From Amoebophrya sp. A120 (Eukaryota; Protista; Dinoflagellata): a stretch of 64,000 bases of DNA. Below, in pieces: positions 11,702 to 25,046 of the stretch. A program made the translations under genes and the position numbers. The stretch covers positions 6,178,828 through 6,242,827 of the forward strand of contig CAJINV010000004.1 in assembly GCA_905178155.1 (NCBI GenBank), given 5' to 3'. Below the pieces are notes generated by a model. The model ran no database searches. It had not been told where the DNA came from and saw nothing but the letters and a program-made list of their open reading frames with translations. Position 1 is the first letter of the stretch; each line of letters opens with the position of its first letter.

Positions 11702-14700
11702 TTATAAACCAAAATCTGCATACAGCCGAAAACATATTTCGCCAGCTTCCCGCTGGCAGATCTCGTCGGGATCTATCCTTCCTGCCAGACCGAAAATGTT
11801 CCCGCTATGGTATGGAGTTGTTTGCTGAGTCACCAGAGAAGTGTTGTTGTTCGCAGTTCCTACTTGACGACCCAGGCCAAGCTGGAGGTCATTTCTTCGT
11901 GTGCTGCTGGGTGGAGAATCGTCTACTTCATCTCCCCGCTCATGATCTCCGGCGCTCAGCAAAGGTGATCCTGATGCTGTGCTCGTGGTCGACGACGTGT
12001 TCTCATCTGTATCCGACATCTTTAGATTGCGACTGCTCTCAAGTACTGTCACTAGACACGAATTGCTAGCGGTGGTTCTTTCAGCGGGCGTCATTCTGAT
12101 CTCCTTCATCCGCTCCGAGGGTCGCTGAAATTTTAGTAGGATCGGTGGAACAATTTCAGTGTTGTCCACTACATCAGGTTGCAGCGAAGCCGCATGTTGC
12201 GCATGTGCATGAAAATCACAAGTACAAAAAGTGCCGTATCTTTTTCGCGCAATCAAATCAATAAATTAAATAGCAGGAAAAGAACTACCGCATGACTATG
12301 CAATACCTGCAACGTTCGCACAATGTCATAGCCTCCGCCGGCGGCCGAACAGCCTAGTGTCGTCCCCCGTCTCGTTATTTTCCAGTTGCGAAACCAATCC
12401 ATGAATACCATTGCCTCGTCGCTGAAGCGCCGCACCGCAGACGTCCAAGCACCGGCCCCACCTGCTTGTAGTCCGGCAGCACATCGGTAGTGGCCCTGGC
12501 CTCCGAGCACGTGCCGGTCCATGACTGCTTCCAGACAGCTCGTGACCAACTCGTAGCTGGCTCTTCGCACCCGCGTTTTATGCATCGCAAAAGCATCCCA
12601 TCGCACTAGCAGTGATTGCATCACAAATTTGTTTGGCAAGAACAAAACTTGAATTTGTAATGCTGAGTCAGCTAGGTGTCGATGTTTGTCATGCATGACT
12701 GCAATTTGTACGAGGTCGATACTTTTGTAGTGGATAGGTTTCGCGGTTCAACAAATCGGCGGACCACATCAGCTGTTCGAGGACTTCCGATACTTTCTTC
12801 GTTTCCGGCGTGCAGAACTCTTGGATGATACTCTTGCACACGTCTAGGAAGGTCTCCCACACCACCGGACTGACGAAATCAGAGGAGTCATGGTACGTAG
12901 TAGGATTGCTACTTGTGAGATTCTCGTCCTGGTGAACTATGTTCTTGTTGTTACCGGTAGCTGCAATTGCAAACTGGTCACGGCGGCCATTAATCTTCTT
13001 CATCCGGTTCATCGACGCCCAAGCTGCAGTACTAGGACTCGTTGATGTTGCTGGGTTAGTACAAATCGGTCCAGGTTGCACTTGTTCCCTCGCACTACGG
13101 CGGTAGGGTCCTTCCTGGGTTGAAAATAAATCCATGCTCGGATCTTCAGTACTACTAGCACCCGTAATATCATGCGTTCTTCGTGTTGTACAGCTACTAG
13201 GGCCTTTCTTCCTCCTACCTCGCTGCAGATTCTCCTTTTTCAAATTTCGCAAAATTGTCTCCTCATCCTCTTCGTCCTCGGCGTAGGGCACGACTTTCTT
13301 CGCAAAACCGCCGTCCGCTGTGGCAATCCACTCGTTGTCGCAGGCAGCAGCAGCTGTACGACTTGCATCAGATGGATAGGGAAGTGCATCGAAATCCGCC
13401 CTGCTGGACGATGTTGATGATCCGGTGAGTGGCTGGGAGTTGCTCCTACCACGAGAGGTTAAAGAGAAACACGGCACAAGCGCAGTCGCCCCAAAAAGGT
13501 GCGTCAGCGGACGAACGTACGAGTCGTGTAAAACCTCGGCCATATTGTTTTTGCCAGCAATCCGCATTTTATCTAGGATGATGTTCACAATGTCGCTGCC
13601 ACCGAACGGAAGCCGCTTCGCCAGAAGGTCGTAAAGAATCTGTGTGTATTACTTCTTTTGTTTTGGATCTACTTTTGCGGTGCGGGATGTTGATGCGAGG
13701 GAGGCCAAGCACAATTGGCATGGATTCTGAGTCTGTAGGTTGCATCACACCTACTTCATCAACAGGTCAACAAGTTCAAACTTAAACTCATGCAGGATCG
13801 ACACCAATATAGTACTGGAGGCTGCAGGCCGAAACGTTGCAAGCAATTAGCAAATAGCTAAAAGTGAAACACAAACATCATTTACTGGTAAATTCCCCGG
13901 AATGGCGGCCACGATCTGCCGCCGCAGCCGCTCCAGTTCCTCCTCGTCTTCGTCGGGATAGAGAGAAAAGTCGAGCTGCAAGAGCCGCGTGGTCAGTGCC
14001 ATCCGCACGCCCCGCTGGCTATGGGGGTGTCAGGATCGGAATTGACAAAGTCGAAATAGTTTGTCATGCATAAAACGGATAAGTACCAGTTGGTGCCTAG
14101 ATTTCTTTTTCAAGTGGCGCATTACAAATTTGGGTAGAACCGACATCCAGTTTGTCATGCTGTTTGGGGAAGGTAGACGCCTTTTGTCATGCTACTTCAG
14201 CAGCTCTATTTGTACCCCTCAACAGGCTTTTTACAATCTGCCTCCCTTGCCTACTCTGCAAGACAGGCACTCTGTGGGCTGCATTTTATGCATCACAAAC
14301 TATTTCAACTTTGACGGTTTCAATCCTGACACTCCCATACTGCCCTTCCGTCGCGTAGTCGGCGAGCAGCAGCCCCGGTGTTTATGAAAGTGCACAACTA
14401 CTCCCCCTCGCACTCGTTTGTATTGCATGAACAGCAATACAAGCGTCAGCAAGAATACAGGTTTTGCATGACAAATTTGGACAGGAAGGTAGTCTTATTT
14501 GGGCTGCCAGAACTTGTCATGCAAACAGTGCCAAGAGGCAGAGGGTGAGTTTGGTATTTTGCATGACAAATGAGGGGGAGGGAGATGTGCGCTCTCATAG
14601 TGTTTCCTCCGGGTCCTGGAACGCCTGGAAAGGCAGGCCCATGGGCAAGGGCCGCGTCTCCGGCCATTTGCTCGACGCGTTCGTTACAGACAGCAAGGAG

Positions 14701-17700
14701 TTGAAGGAGGAAGACTCCAGGTTGCCGCTGCTCATCATCGCGTGCAGTTGCAGTCCGTCGTCGGCGTCAGAGTGATCATGTGTTTCCCACAGGTGCTTAC
14801 TCCGTCTTGTGCGGGCTCGGTCTGCAGGTATCGTATTTCATGTTGCTTTTTATCTTTTTATTCATCTTACCACGTTCTTTGTATATCATCAGAATCAAAG
14901 GCAAATTAAGTTTCATGTCTACCTTTCTCCTTTTCCCGCTTGGACTTGATCATCCTCATCCTTGTCGGATCGGTCGGGTCCATGTGGCGCCGGGACGGGG
15001 AATGTCTTCGCGTGGGCGAATGCGGCCGGTCGCCGCGCTCCTGCACCAAGGGGCCGCGTGTCAATGTCACGACTTGATGTTCTTGTTCCAGGGCTGTTGT
15101 TCTCGAAGAGGATGGAGGTTTTTTGTTGTTCATCTTTGCTCTACTTGTACTACTGCTGCTGCTGCTGCTAGATGAGCTAGTAGAAGTAGACGTCGCACCT
15201 CTACCACGACCCTGTCCATCCTTCGTGTTCTCCTTTTCCTCATGGTCGCCGGCGCCAGCCCTCACATCCTGTACCACCTCGAGGACCCATGGTTGCCCGT
15301 GTTGCGGATCGAAGGTAATTGCCGGCACAGTGCTCAATCCGTTCTGGTTCTTGTCCTCGGCGAAAAGTAGCGTCGTGCGGTCCTCTTGCACGTCGACGCG
15401 GCCCCTGCTCTTGGTTGCACATGAAGAGTTTTCTTTTTTGTCCACCCAGATCCTCGGCGATCGATGGTAATCCATTCCTCCCAAATGGTCCATGTCGGTG
15501 AGCCGCTCACAGTGCGCCTCCCGGTGTCGGGCAAATTCGTCCTTCAAAAGCCGATCTGCGGAGATCAGCAAGTGCTTGATGTCCACGTGCTCGTCGTCGC
15601 TGCGCTGCGAGGCGGACAAACAAGTCTCCGCGTCCTCTAAACACTCACGAAGCGCCCGGTAGAGCTTCGGCGGTCGTTGGGTTTTCTTTCTTGCTTGTTC
15701 CAGCTCGTATTCCATCAGATCGTCTTTAACTTTTGCCGCCTGCATAGCAAAGTTGTACTTGTAGCGGTCTTCTGCGAATAAAAGATGATACAGTGCGACT
15801 ACTTTTAGTTTAGTGAAGCAAAAATGTTCATGTTACAGTAAAGTAAAGAAGTCCCAATAATAGACAGCACCAATTCTGATTCCTGCAGCATCCTATACCT
15901 GAACTTGTTTTGCATTTCCGTCTTCGTCTTCGACCTCGTCCCGATCCACCCCCGGCTTAGCAGCAACACATTCAGCACCAGGTCTCGTCTGCAGTTCCGG
16001 TCTCGGCTGTTGAGCATCCGTGGAGGTCAACTGTGGCTCCTCCTCGCTGTCGTCCGTGACACTCTCTGCGTTGGCTCCTGCCAACATGTCGGTCAGCGCG
16101 CGGTCTTTCGCCACCTCGTCGCCGTCCCTGTCGGAAGATGCTACGGAGAATGCCCCTGTCGTGTCGGCATCTGCTGATTGAGCATTTTTGACATTTTTGT
16201 CGGTGGCAACTCGCGGTGCAAGAGCAGATGCTGTTGCAGTTGCTCTTGCTGCTGAATTTGAGTTGGAATCACTTCCTACAACTCCGGAACAAGCAGCAGA
16301 ACTCCTCCCACCTCCTCCACCAGCCGCTGCCTGTTCGCCAGCTGGACTCGTCGCACTGAAGCTGATCTTTCTTCGGAGTTCGGGGAGTTTACGCTGTAAA
16401 AATCGGGAAGATGACGATCTTCCCGCTGGAACGTCGTCGCCCGGATCTTCATCTGCCCCCACCGGGCTGCTCAGCAAGTCGCTCGACGTGGAGGTGACAA
16501 AACGTCGACCTTGATGTTTTTGCGGAGCGCGACAGATCTCTGCAGTTTGCTCTTCTGCAGAATTCGCACGCAACATTTGTGCCGAAGAGGAGGAGGAGGA
16601 AGATTCAGTTGTTCTCGCCTCTACTCTACTAGTGCTGGTGGTAAGAACTTCAGTTTCTGCAAGAGCGGTATTTTTCTCTTCATTCTGCTGATTTGCCTCT
16701 CCCAGCAGCTGCACCTGTCCTCGGTCGTGCACTTTCAACTTCGAATCAACGAAACGGCGCTGCTTCGCCCACGGATGATCATCCTCTTGTGCGACGTTGT
16801 CAACTTCGCTTGGGGAGGACACACCAGTTGTCCCGGCTTTTTCTGCTATTCTTTCTGGATAACGATGTAGCGGACCTCCTCCGGGTGGCAACTGCTGTAG
16901 AGGTGGTGGGTAGGCAGACAAAGACAAAGGATCATTTTGCGTCAACATGACGGTTGTTCCAGCATCCTCGCTAGTATGCGAAGTTGTTGTTGCACGATTA
17001 GCACGTTCCTGCCTAAAGAACTGGGTTCTGTCCGCGACATAGATCTCCTCGATCGTAGTGTTGTTGCGCCATGGGTCTACGCTCGTCCCGGAGAACCGCG
17101 TCGCATGATCCCACTTGAAGCAATTTTTCCGGCTGATCGGGTAGTAGTTTTCCGCTGGCTCTTGGATACTTTCCAAAGGCCGGCGAGATGTAGTAGAAAG
17201 GTGGCTTCTTGTTCGAGGGTCAACGTAGTCCTGTGACGCTGTTGAACAAGCAGGTGTAGATGAAGTAGATCTTCTTCTCTCGCTTGGCTCGAGCGGGTCT
17301 TGATCTTTTTCAATTGCCAACTGGAAGTAGGGTCTTAAGGCCTCGCGCAATCCATCTCGATCTTCTTCCTCTGTGCCAGTTCTTGTGCAGTTCTTGTTCA
17401 AAAAGTAGGCGTCGAAGTCCTCAGATTTTTCACCTGTGCGGCCGCCCTCTACCGTAACCGTTGTGCGACCTCCGCGAGCCGCAAACCTCATGGTGGCTTT
17501 GCTCATCGCGTGCATCACGTACAAACCAAGCACCCGCAGGGTTGGACAGGAACTGTTGACGCGGGCCTGGACCCCTGGCAGGACCAAGGGGACCACGGTC
17601 GTCGTGGACATGGCATGGGTGAAAAGCTCGAATTGATGCAGGTGCTTCATTTTTTGTTTCTGCACGACCTGAAACCGCAGGTACCGGACCACGTTCAGTG

Positions 17701-20700
17701 CCGCAACGACGTGACCCGCAAGCTCCGGGAGAAAGTAGGGGAGCACGTGGTTATCTGTAGCTCTTGTTTCGCTCGTTGTCGTTGTGCGACCAGTAATACA
17801 GCCCTGCTGCTGCTCCCGGTCGCGGTGCCCGTTCTTGTTTATCGCGCCACTATCCCGAATAAATCTCTTCGCTCTGGTGGAAACCAGTGCGAGCGAGCGC
17901 ATCCCCGAGCCGGTTTGTGCCCAGTGTGCGCAAATCGATTTCCCGAAGTAGTTGTCCAGCAGGTCCGGGTCGACCGCAAGCATCAGGCGGAAAAAGGCAC
18001 TGTTGTGCTTCGTAAATAGCTCGTCGCAGAGCAACCCCGCATGCTGCACGAAGTAGTCCGTCAACGCTTGGAAGGCTGCCTTCTGCACGTGGCGCAGAGT
18101 TTTGTGTTGGGTCGAGGGATCATCAGCTGCACGAAACAAGCAGGAGATGTTGCTCTTGCTCGTCGTCGTCCCATTTTTGTTCGACGAGGACAGCAGGTAA
18201 GAATTTCGGATCTCCTCCCAGAATTCTGCCACCTCCGCTGATTTTGTTTCCGAATCGAGTAATTCCTTCTCCTCGGGTGTTACTTTGCCGTGTCTCTCGC
18301 GGGGCATACTACCAGCGGATCCGGATGGAGTTGCTTCTGCATGATCGACGCCGTTTCGTCCACACCCGTGCAGAAAAAACAAGTGGCGAAAAAGCATCCC
18401 CAAGACCTTGTTGCTCTGGTAGGACTGATTTGTTTGCTGGTCGCGCGTCGGGTCGCCGCGAAGTGTTGGTCGTGCTCGTGAAGAAGTAGAACAAGTGGCA
18501 CTTCTTGATGTAGTAGTTTCAGTTTCTCCTACGGTCGTTCTTGCGGTCGTTTCTATCTCTGCCGCATCCGTAACGAGAAATCCAATCAAGAGAATCAGCA
18601 ACTCGGCACGATTCAACCTGTCGCGCCTCGCAACCCGGTCAGCTCGCTCCTCGGCCATCTCATCCTCCGGCGCACGAAGGCCCATGGCGATCAAAGCGGC
18701 GGCACTAGGTTTGTCTATGTCTTTTTCGGGCTGCATGGGTATTAAACCCCGATGCACTTCGTCTCGCAGATTTGGTAAACGCGTTTTCCGTTTCCCTGTT
18801 GTATGCAAGTACTTTAGTTGTTCATTGCCGAGTTCATGTCATTTTTATCATCACATACAGCAGATTGCAGTTTTTTCTATTTTTATGGTACCTCTACCTA
18901 TCAAACTACGTACGACGGCTATCTGCTCCGATATCTTGCTTACTTCGAAATCGCGTATAGTAAGCACTGTTATCTGTATCTGACCCGATCAGCAACGCAA
19001 GTCTTTGTACCTGCATCGCCCCGTTCGCCTCCACCTAAAGAAGCACCGAGCAACAGCTGTCGCAAGGCCAACAACACCACTTCGCGATGACCGTTACTCG
19101 CGCGGACGCAGAGCCGCTCGAGCACGTTGCGACAGTTCCTCAAACTCTGCAGTTTCAACATGTGCTGCGCAGGAGTGTCGGGTTCTTGCCGTCGATCATC
19201 TGTTTTTGTTAATACTGGAACGAAGATGTTTGTGTTTTCTCCTTCCTCTTCCTCGGATGACTCCGCCGCATTAAGATCAGCCGCCGTAGGAGCGGTCGCG
19301 GTCGAATGACGCAACTCACCGCTCGTGTCAGCATCTAACTCCTGCTCCGACCGCTCTTTGTCTTTGTCTTTTCGCGTCTTCTCACTTTCCTGTTTTTTGT
19401 TGTTTTCCGGAGCGACGATGAAAGCCACGAGGGAGTGGAGAAGCTGTTCCAAAAGTGCGGTAGATAAACTGTGGTACGTCTTGGACACCAAATTTTCTGC
19501 GTAGACTTGCTCTTGCGCCCGCCCGGTTGTGACCCAGTGGTCGGAACAAGAAAGAAGATCAAGATCGAGATCGGTGAAGATTTTATCATTTATTCCCCTG
19601 TCCTCGTGGTCTTCTGAGAGGCCGCAACTCGGAATGGAACTCGAAGAAGTTGTGGATGAGGTACAGCAGCCGCGTGAAGAAGATGAAGAACTAGATCCTG
19701 CAGCACCTCCACTTTCCCGTAGCGGCCCACGACGAGAACGAGAACCCCCACGAGGACCGCTCAACACGAAGTTCCGCAGCCACGCCGCGTTGTTGCGCTG
19801 GCGGCGGGGATGTTCGAGGGCGTCGTTCTGCTCCATTTGTTCAATCGCGAGCTGGGCGACGGTGTGGACACAGTCCGGCAGGAAAGGTAGAAACTCCTGG
19901 TAAACTTTTGCCATGTGGTCGAACTCCTCTTGATTTTCAGCTGGAAAAAACGCGTCGCTGTCGTCTTCGCGGTACAGAGGGACCTTTTGATGGGGTCGAT
20001 AGCAACCAGTGCTCATGGAGGACTCGCGGTCGTCAAAGGGCAGGGGAAGAATTAGATGATGTTTATTTTCGTCTACTCCGCTGGCATTGGTCGGCAGGAC
20101 CCCGTACCCGTTGTATTTATCGTGTAGCACTTCTTCGCTCGGTCGTCCACCTACGCTGGCATTTGCACTGTTCTCGCCCGCTTTCCCCCCGACATGGGAG
20201 TGCCAGTCATGGTAATCGGAAAAGGCCGTTTTCACGATCGCTCGAATCTGAGACGGATCCTTGGCCGTGCACAAACAGTTAAGCAGGTGGTATGCGCGGA
20301 TCGGCGTGGTTGAAAGCGAGACCCTGCTCTGGTTGTTCATTTCTAATGGAGTTGTTGTTCGGTCGTCGTTTTCTTGTGGGCGGTAGAACTTCTGTCGTGG
20401 TGCAACAACTCCATCTGCGGGTAGTTGATCATTTTTCCGTTTATCTTTGCAGTACGCCCAGATGATGGGCCACAAAAACCAGTGCACAGAATGAAGGTCG
20501 TTTAGCGTCATCTTCGCCCCCGGTTCCGCCGGTAAGGCAGCTCGGACTCTATCTCTACTCCTTCTCGCCGCCGCATGATCTTTGCTGCCAGGAAGATGTC
20601 CTTGGTCAGAAGATTTTTCATCTCCGTCGATTAATTTCTGGTCAACACCTGCAGAAGCCGTACTATTCTCGTTCGGGTGATAGTACTTAAGCAAGAAGGC

Positions 20701-20916
20701 TTCAGGAGGTGAGGAGGAGCTATGTTCCAACCAATATCGCGCTAGAAACAAGCGGTCGGAATTGGTCAGGAGCAGCTTGTTCGTCTTTTCTTGTTGGCCT
20801 TCTCGTTCTACCTTCCGGAACTGCGCCTGTTGGAGCTCCTCATCCGGCTCCTGCGCCGGTGGAACCTTCATCGTCGGGGATCTGGGTGGTTGCTCTGCTG
20901 GTGGTGATTCTTCCAT
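11702..20916 (-). CDS. Very large multi-exon hypothetical protein (probably one gene, >2500 aa)
   Basis: ORFs 18970-20916, 15893-18808, 14906-15745, 12689-13588 and 11702-12256. In-frame joins via GT-AG introns 14822-14922 and 13640-13885, an intron between ~18810 and ~18985, and three introners. Junctions near 15830-15897 and 12200-12306 not resolved. Confidence 0.65.
12579..12736. mobile_element. Introner family B (158 bp)
   Basis: Diverged B TIR; TSD CGTTT/GGTTT (synonymous Thr difference). Confidence 0.9.
14020..14339. mobile_element. Introner family F (320 bp)
   Basis: TIR TATGGGNGTGTCAGGAT; TSD CTGGC/CTGCC. Confidence 0.92.
14383..14599. mobile_element. Introner family C (217 bp)
   Basis: Family C TIR; TSD GTGTT. 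Confidence 0.95.
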
Positions 20917-22479
20917 ATTGTGGCGGGAAAGAAAATGAGAATGACGAGGCTCTCAACAAACAAACCAGCGCCGGACCTGCATGTTCAAACAGCTAAGTAA
21001 GTAGTTCTGGAAGTTCTTGATTTACTTTTACTCAGGGAAGAGGTCGTGGCAGGCCGAATGATGCTGAAGCCAGAGGCAGATGAGGCTCGTGGTCTTTACA
21101 AGGGATCCCGATCTTGGAGGCGTGGCCTGCGCGAAACACGACCCGGATTGGCGATGCATGTGCGCCAGGAGGAATCAAATTCGCATGCTGGAGGTGAAAG
21201 AAAAGGAAAGCTAAAATCGAATGATGGTGAAGATTGCTGGTGTAGCGCTTCTACGAATGAGTGCGAGGCACTTTATTTTTACCGTATACACTTGACTCAA
21301 TGTTAGAACGAAGAGAAGACGATGGTGATTTCTAGACCTCGTGCTTCGTTCCTGATTTTCTGGGAAAATCGAAAATCGAAATGGCAACAGCACAACACAG
21401 GTCTCGGTTGTGCCTCAATGCGCTTGTCCTTTTGATAATTTTTTGACCACAACAACATCAGCACAAAAAAAAATGAATTTTTGACAACAACCTCGGAAAA
21501 ATGAACCTAAGCAGCGGCAGTCCTAACGAGATCCTACTGCACCAAAGTGGTACTGAAAGAAAGTGATGAAGATCTGAAGGAAAACATAAGTAGATCTTCG
21601 GCTTCGTGCTTCCAACGCGGGATCTTGTTTACTCACACGTGAGCAAGCCAATCAAAGTCACAGCCACTCCCTGAAGCTGCATCTTGATCTTCACAGAATT
21701 TGCATAAACAAGAAACTCAGTCAAACCGACGCTCGTCGTGAACACCGTCAACAAACTTTCCAAAAAACAAAGGCGCATTGCCCCCTCTGCAGCGATGGAG
21801 CTTCAGTGTTGATCTGTTTTCTTCGTAAAAATGTCTAGATCAAGAACCCACGAGGGGGTTCTCGTCGTGGTAGCAATCCACTAAAAATGTCTTCCAGATG
21901 AAATATCCTCCTGCCTATACAGCATATAATCAGCTGCGTGCGGCATGATAGGGATAAAACTTTCTAAACCGTTCTGATAAAGAACTCGCGAGAAGGAAAT
22001 GCGTGCTGTTGTCATGCGCTAAAGGAATCCTGTCCAGAATCGGCGATCACTTTCACTTTCTATGTTTTAATTTCATATGCATACTACTAGAAAATTAAAG
22101 CAGGTGCAATTGCAATTGCAAATGCAGCTATGCATGAAAGGAATGTCGTTGTCGTGCGACATGCGAGATAAGTTCGTTGGGGGCTGTTGCTTGTTTAATT
22201 TTACTATAGCTTGAACTTGATGCTCGTGCAGTATTTCTTGCACACGCAGCTACGTCATTTGTGCCTACTGAATTCAAATAATTTTCCTCACAGATCATAC
22301 AACACCATGACCATGTGCGCGCCATGATCCTATAAAAATTGAAATGCATTTTCACAAACCTGGCTAGACTGCAGCAAGGAAGAGGACCATTGTTGATACT
22401 ACATTCGGAGTTTTCGAAGGATCATCAAACTACACTGACATAAACGAGTATGAATTTTGGACAGACTTTCTGCTCTTCT

Positions 22480-23961
22480 TCACTGAGAAAAAGTATAACC
22501 TCCTCGCGGGATCGTTGGCACCGCGCCGAGGCCGAATTGCTGCTGAAAGGAGGAATTCCTTTGCTGCGGCTGGTATAGGTAACTGTTCGCGGCCTGATTG
22601 TGCTGCTGCACGACGGGACCCACGACACGAGAAGTTGTTCCGGCAGCAGTGCTCGGCTGGTTGAACCCAGAAATGGGATAATGAAGCTGTTGCGACATCG
22701 GGGTATCAACTGCGGTAAACGCATGCGGAATGTGTACGGGTCGGATTTGGCGGTATTGCGCCGGCACGCTCTGCGGCATGGGTCGCAGGTTTGTCCCTTC
22801 GACGTGATATCTTCTCGTAGTCTCCAGCGCATCTGCCGGAGCAAATTTAACACGACGGGAGCGCAAGTCGTTCGTGGACTTTGACCGCCTCAGAATAGAA
22901 GTTGTAGGCGGCGCGGAGGCTCGGCGGGACCGCTGCGCAATTTGATGTTGTTCTACCGGGATCATCTGCACGGTGGATCTCGCACTGGCAGAGAGTTGAT
23001 TTGATGTTCCGGTGGAAGCAGGAGGTGCTGGTGCAGAAGAAGAAGAAGAAGACGATGATCCACCATACTGGGTTGCAGAAGTCGTTGTCACGACTTGCAC
23101 CGGCACGTCAACAGATCTCGCCGAGGACGACAGCAGTGGCGCGGCACTGCTTGCAGCACAAGATGAGCCTTCTTCTCCTCGGCGACTCATGAACTCCGGC
23201 CTTGGATTCGTCAGAATCACGCTGCAGGGGGAGGCGTCTGCGAAAAGATTTTCTTGACTTTCGTCGGCGAGGACGCCAGAAATATCGCTGGCGCGCGTCC
23301 CGGGAGAGACCGAGGGCGAAACTACGCGGCCCGAGCCCGCCGTGCAACTGGCTGCGGACACCTCATCAAGCAAGCACCGGCCAACCGCATTACCTCGACC
23401 CGCAACCGCGCTGTGCGGAGAGGGGTGGTGCTCTTCTGGCCGTGACGAGCCGTTAGAGGAGGAGGAGGAATTAGTACTGCGAGGTGTTGTCAATGTCACC
23501 GACAGTTCCGCGTCACCATCGCTCGACCGCGACAGCGCCAGACTGGACGGCGTTCCATTTGGGCCTAATTGCTCTTCGACGTCTTCAGCCTGTTCTTGCG
23601 CTGCCGGTGCAGCAACGACCTCGGCTAGCTCACCCAGATTCTCCTCTGGGGTTCCAGGAGTCTGATTCTGGCTGTTCGCGTACGTGCTCGCCTCGGATGC
23701 CGGGGTGAGAGGCCCATCTCCAAAGCCAAAGTCGTCCGCATTTATTCCCGCGATCGGGCTGAGCTCGTTCTCTCCGTCGAAAAAATCAGCGGCAGCGGGC
23801 TGGGGGGCGGCGAAGGTCCTCGGAGAATCAGGAATGTGAGCGACTTCTTCAAATTCCTCAAACAGATTGCGCCTGACCGGTGGAAAGTCTGCGCCAGAGC
23901 AGGGCTCCAGCAACTGCGACAGGACGACGACGGCAGCAAATCTCATGGATAAAGAGGCCAT
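22480..23961 (-). CDS. Hypothetical secreted, Ser/Pro-rich disordered protein (493 aa)
   Basis: Uninterrupted ORF; N-terminal signal-peptide-like MRFAAVVVLSQLLEPCSG. Confidence 0.75.
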   Translation of the reverse strand: MASLSMRFAAVVVLSQLLEPCSGADFPPVRRNLFEEFEEVAHIPDSPRTFAAPQPAAADFFDGENELSPIAGINADDFGFGDGPLTPASEASTYANSQNQTPGTPEENLGELAEVVAAPAAQEQAEDVEEQLGPNGTPSSLALSRSSDGDAELSVTLTTPRSTNSSSSSNGSSRPEEHHPSPHSAVAGRGNAVGRCLLDEVSAASCTAGSGRVVSPSVSPGTRASDISGVLADESQENLFADASPCSVILTNPRPEFMSRRGEEGSSCAASSAAPLLSSSARSVDVPVQVVTTTSATQYGGSSSSSSSSAPAPPASTGTSNQLSASARSTVQMIPVEQHQIAQRSRRASAPPTTSILRRSKSTNDLRSRRVKFAPADALETTRRYHVEGTNLRPMPQSVPAQYRQIRPVHIPHAFTAVDTPMSQQLHYPISGFNQPSTAAGTTSRVVGPVVQQHNQAANSYLYQPQQRNSSFQQQFGLGAVPTIPRGGYTFSQ

Positions 23962-25046
23962 GGTGTAAAGTTGTTGGAACTTTCTTCAGTCAGATCGAGT
24001 ATCTGTATCTTCCTGCGGTAGCGATCTTGCTTTTAACACTTACGCAACAATCCTAAGAAATAAAGTTTGGATTCTTTATTGCAAAAACTCAGATATGTAG
24101 CAACTATCAACTACAGTCCACTCCGCAAGAGTCAAAGTCAATGTCAAGGTTGTGATTGAGTACGAAGTATGTACTACAACTAGGTAGAGCGATCGATTGC
24201 TGCACTGGGGATATTACAGAGAGATCATGAATTCATTCGTAGACGACAAGGACGACAATTCTGAGCGGGGTTCCGATTCGCGAATCTTTAACATGCAGGA
24301 GCAGGGGGGCTTTCTGGATCTGTGTCTGAACATTTTGAACCACAATTTCATGAGGTTTTCGCTCGTGCGTATGAGATCTTTGTTCAAATTTCGGCTCAGG
24401 AAACCGAGGATTTCTTCGCCGTGCCAAACCGATGTATTGATCTTTCCAGTGTTTCTCGTGTCGACGTCATTCTTGGTTTCAATCCTGGCCTTGCAGCTGC
24501 ACTTGGACTTCGTCGATTACAAGCGAAAAGAAATACGAGACTTAAATGACATTGCAGAATGGCGTTGCGCTTCCTTGTTTGATCCGATTTTGGTGCTGAT
24601 CCTCGGTGTTGATCATGGTCATATGATACATTTTCGTCCGAAATCGATGAGAAAACATCACCCCCTGACAGTGGCCGTCGCGCGAACACACATCCACACT
24701 CAATTATCCTCACGGCAGAGGAGCATCAAAATAAATCCCGCAAAGTCTGCTCGGACTCTACGCACTGGCACGCAGCTGCGTCCTTATTGTTTTCTTTGCG
24801 AGCTGGGGCAAGCTACTTCGCAGCGGGGCTGCGGGGCGCGCGGGCAGGGCGGGGGCGCGCGGGCGCGGGCAGGCAGATCTTTTTGGGCGAATTTATGACT
24901 AGCTGTGACCTTGTTGTAAGTTCCAAGAATCTTGTGTAGATGCGGTGTTGTGTGTTGTCATTGTATGTCCAGGAAATGGCAACATTATTTTTGATTTTCA
25001 TCATCATGACTGCGCTTGTTGAAAGATGAACACCCGCAACGCGATG

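Noticed and set aside
18795-18985. Decayed introner ending TGCATA
   Set aside because: A canonical GT-AG intron also joins the ORFs in frame and the TIR is too weak to decide
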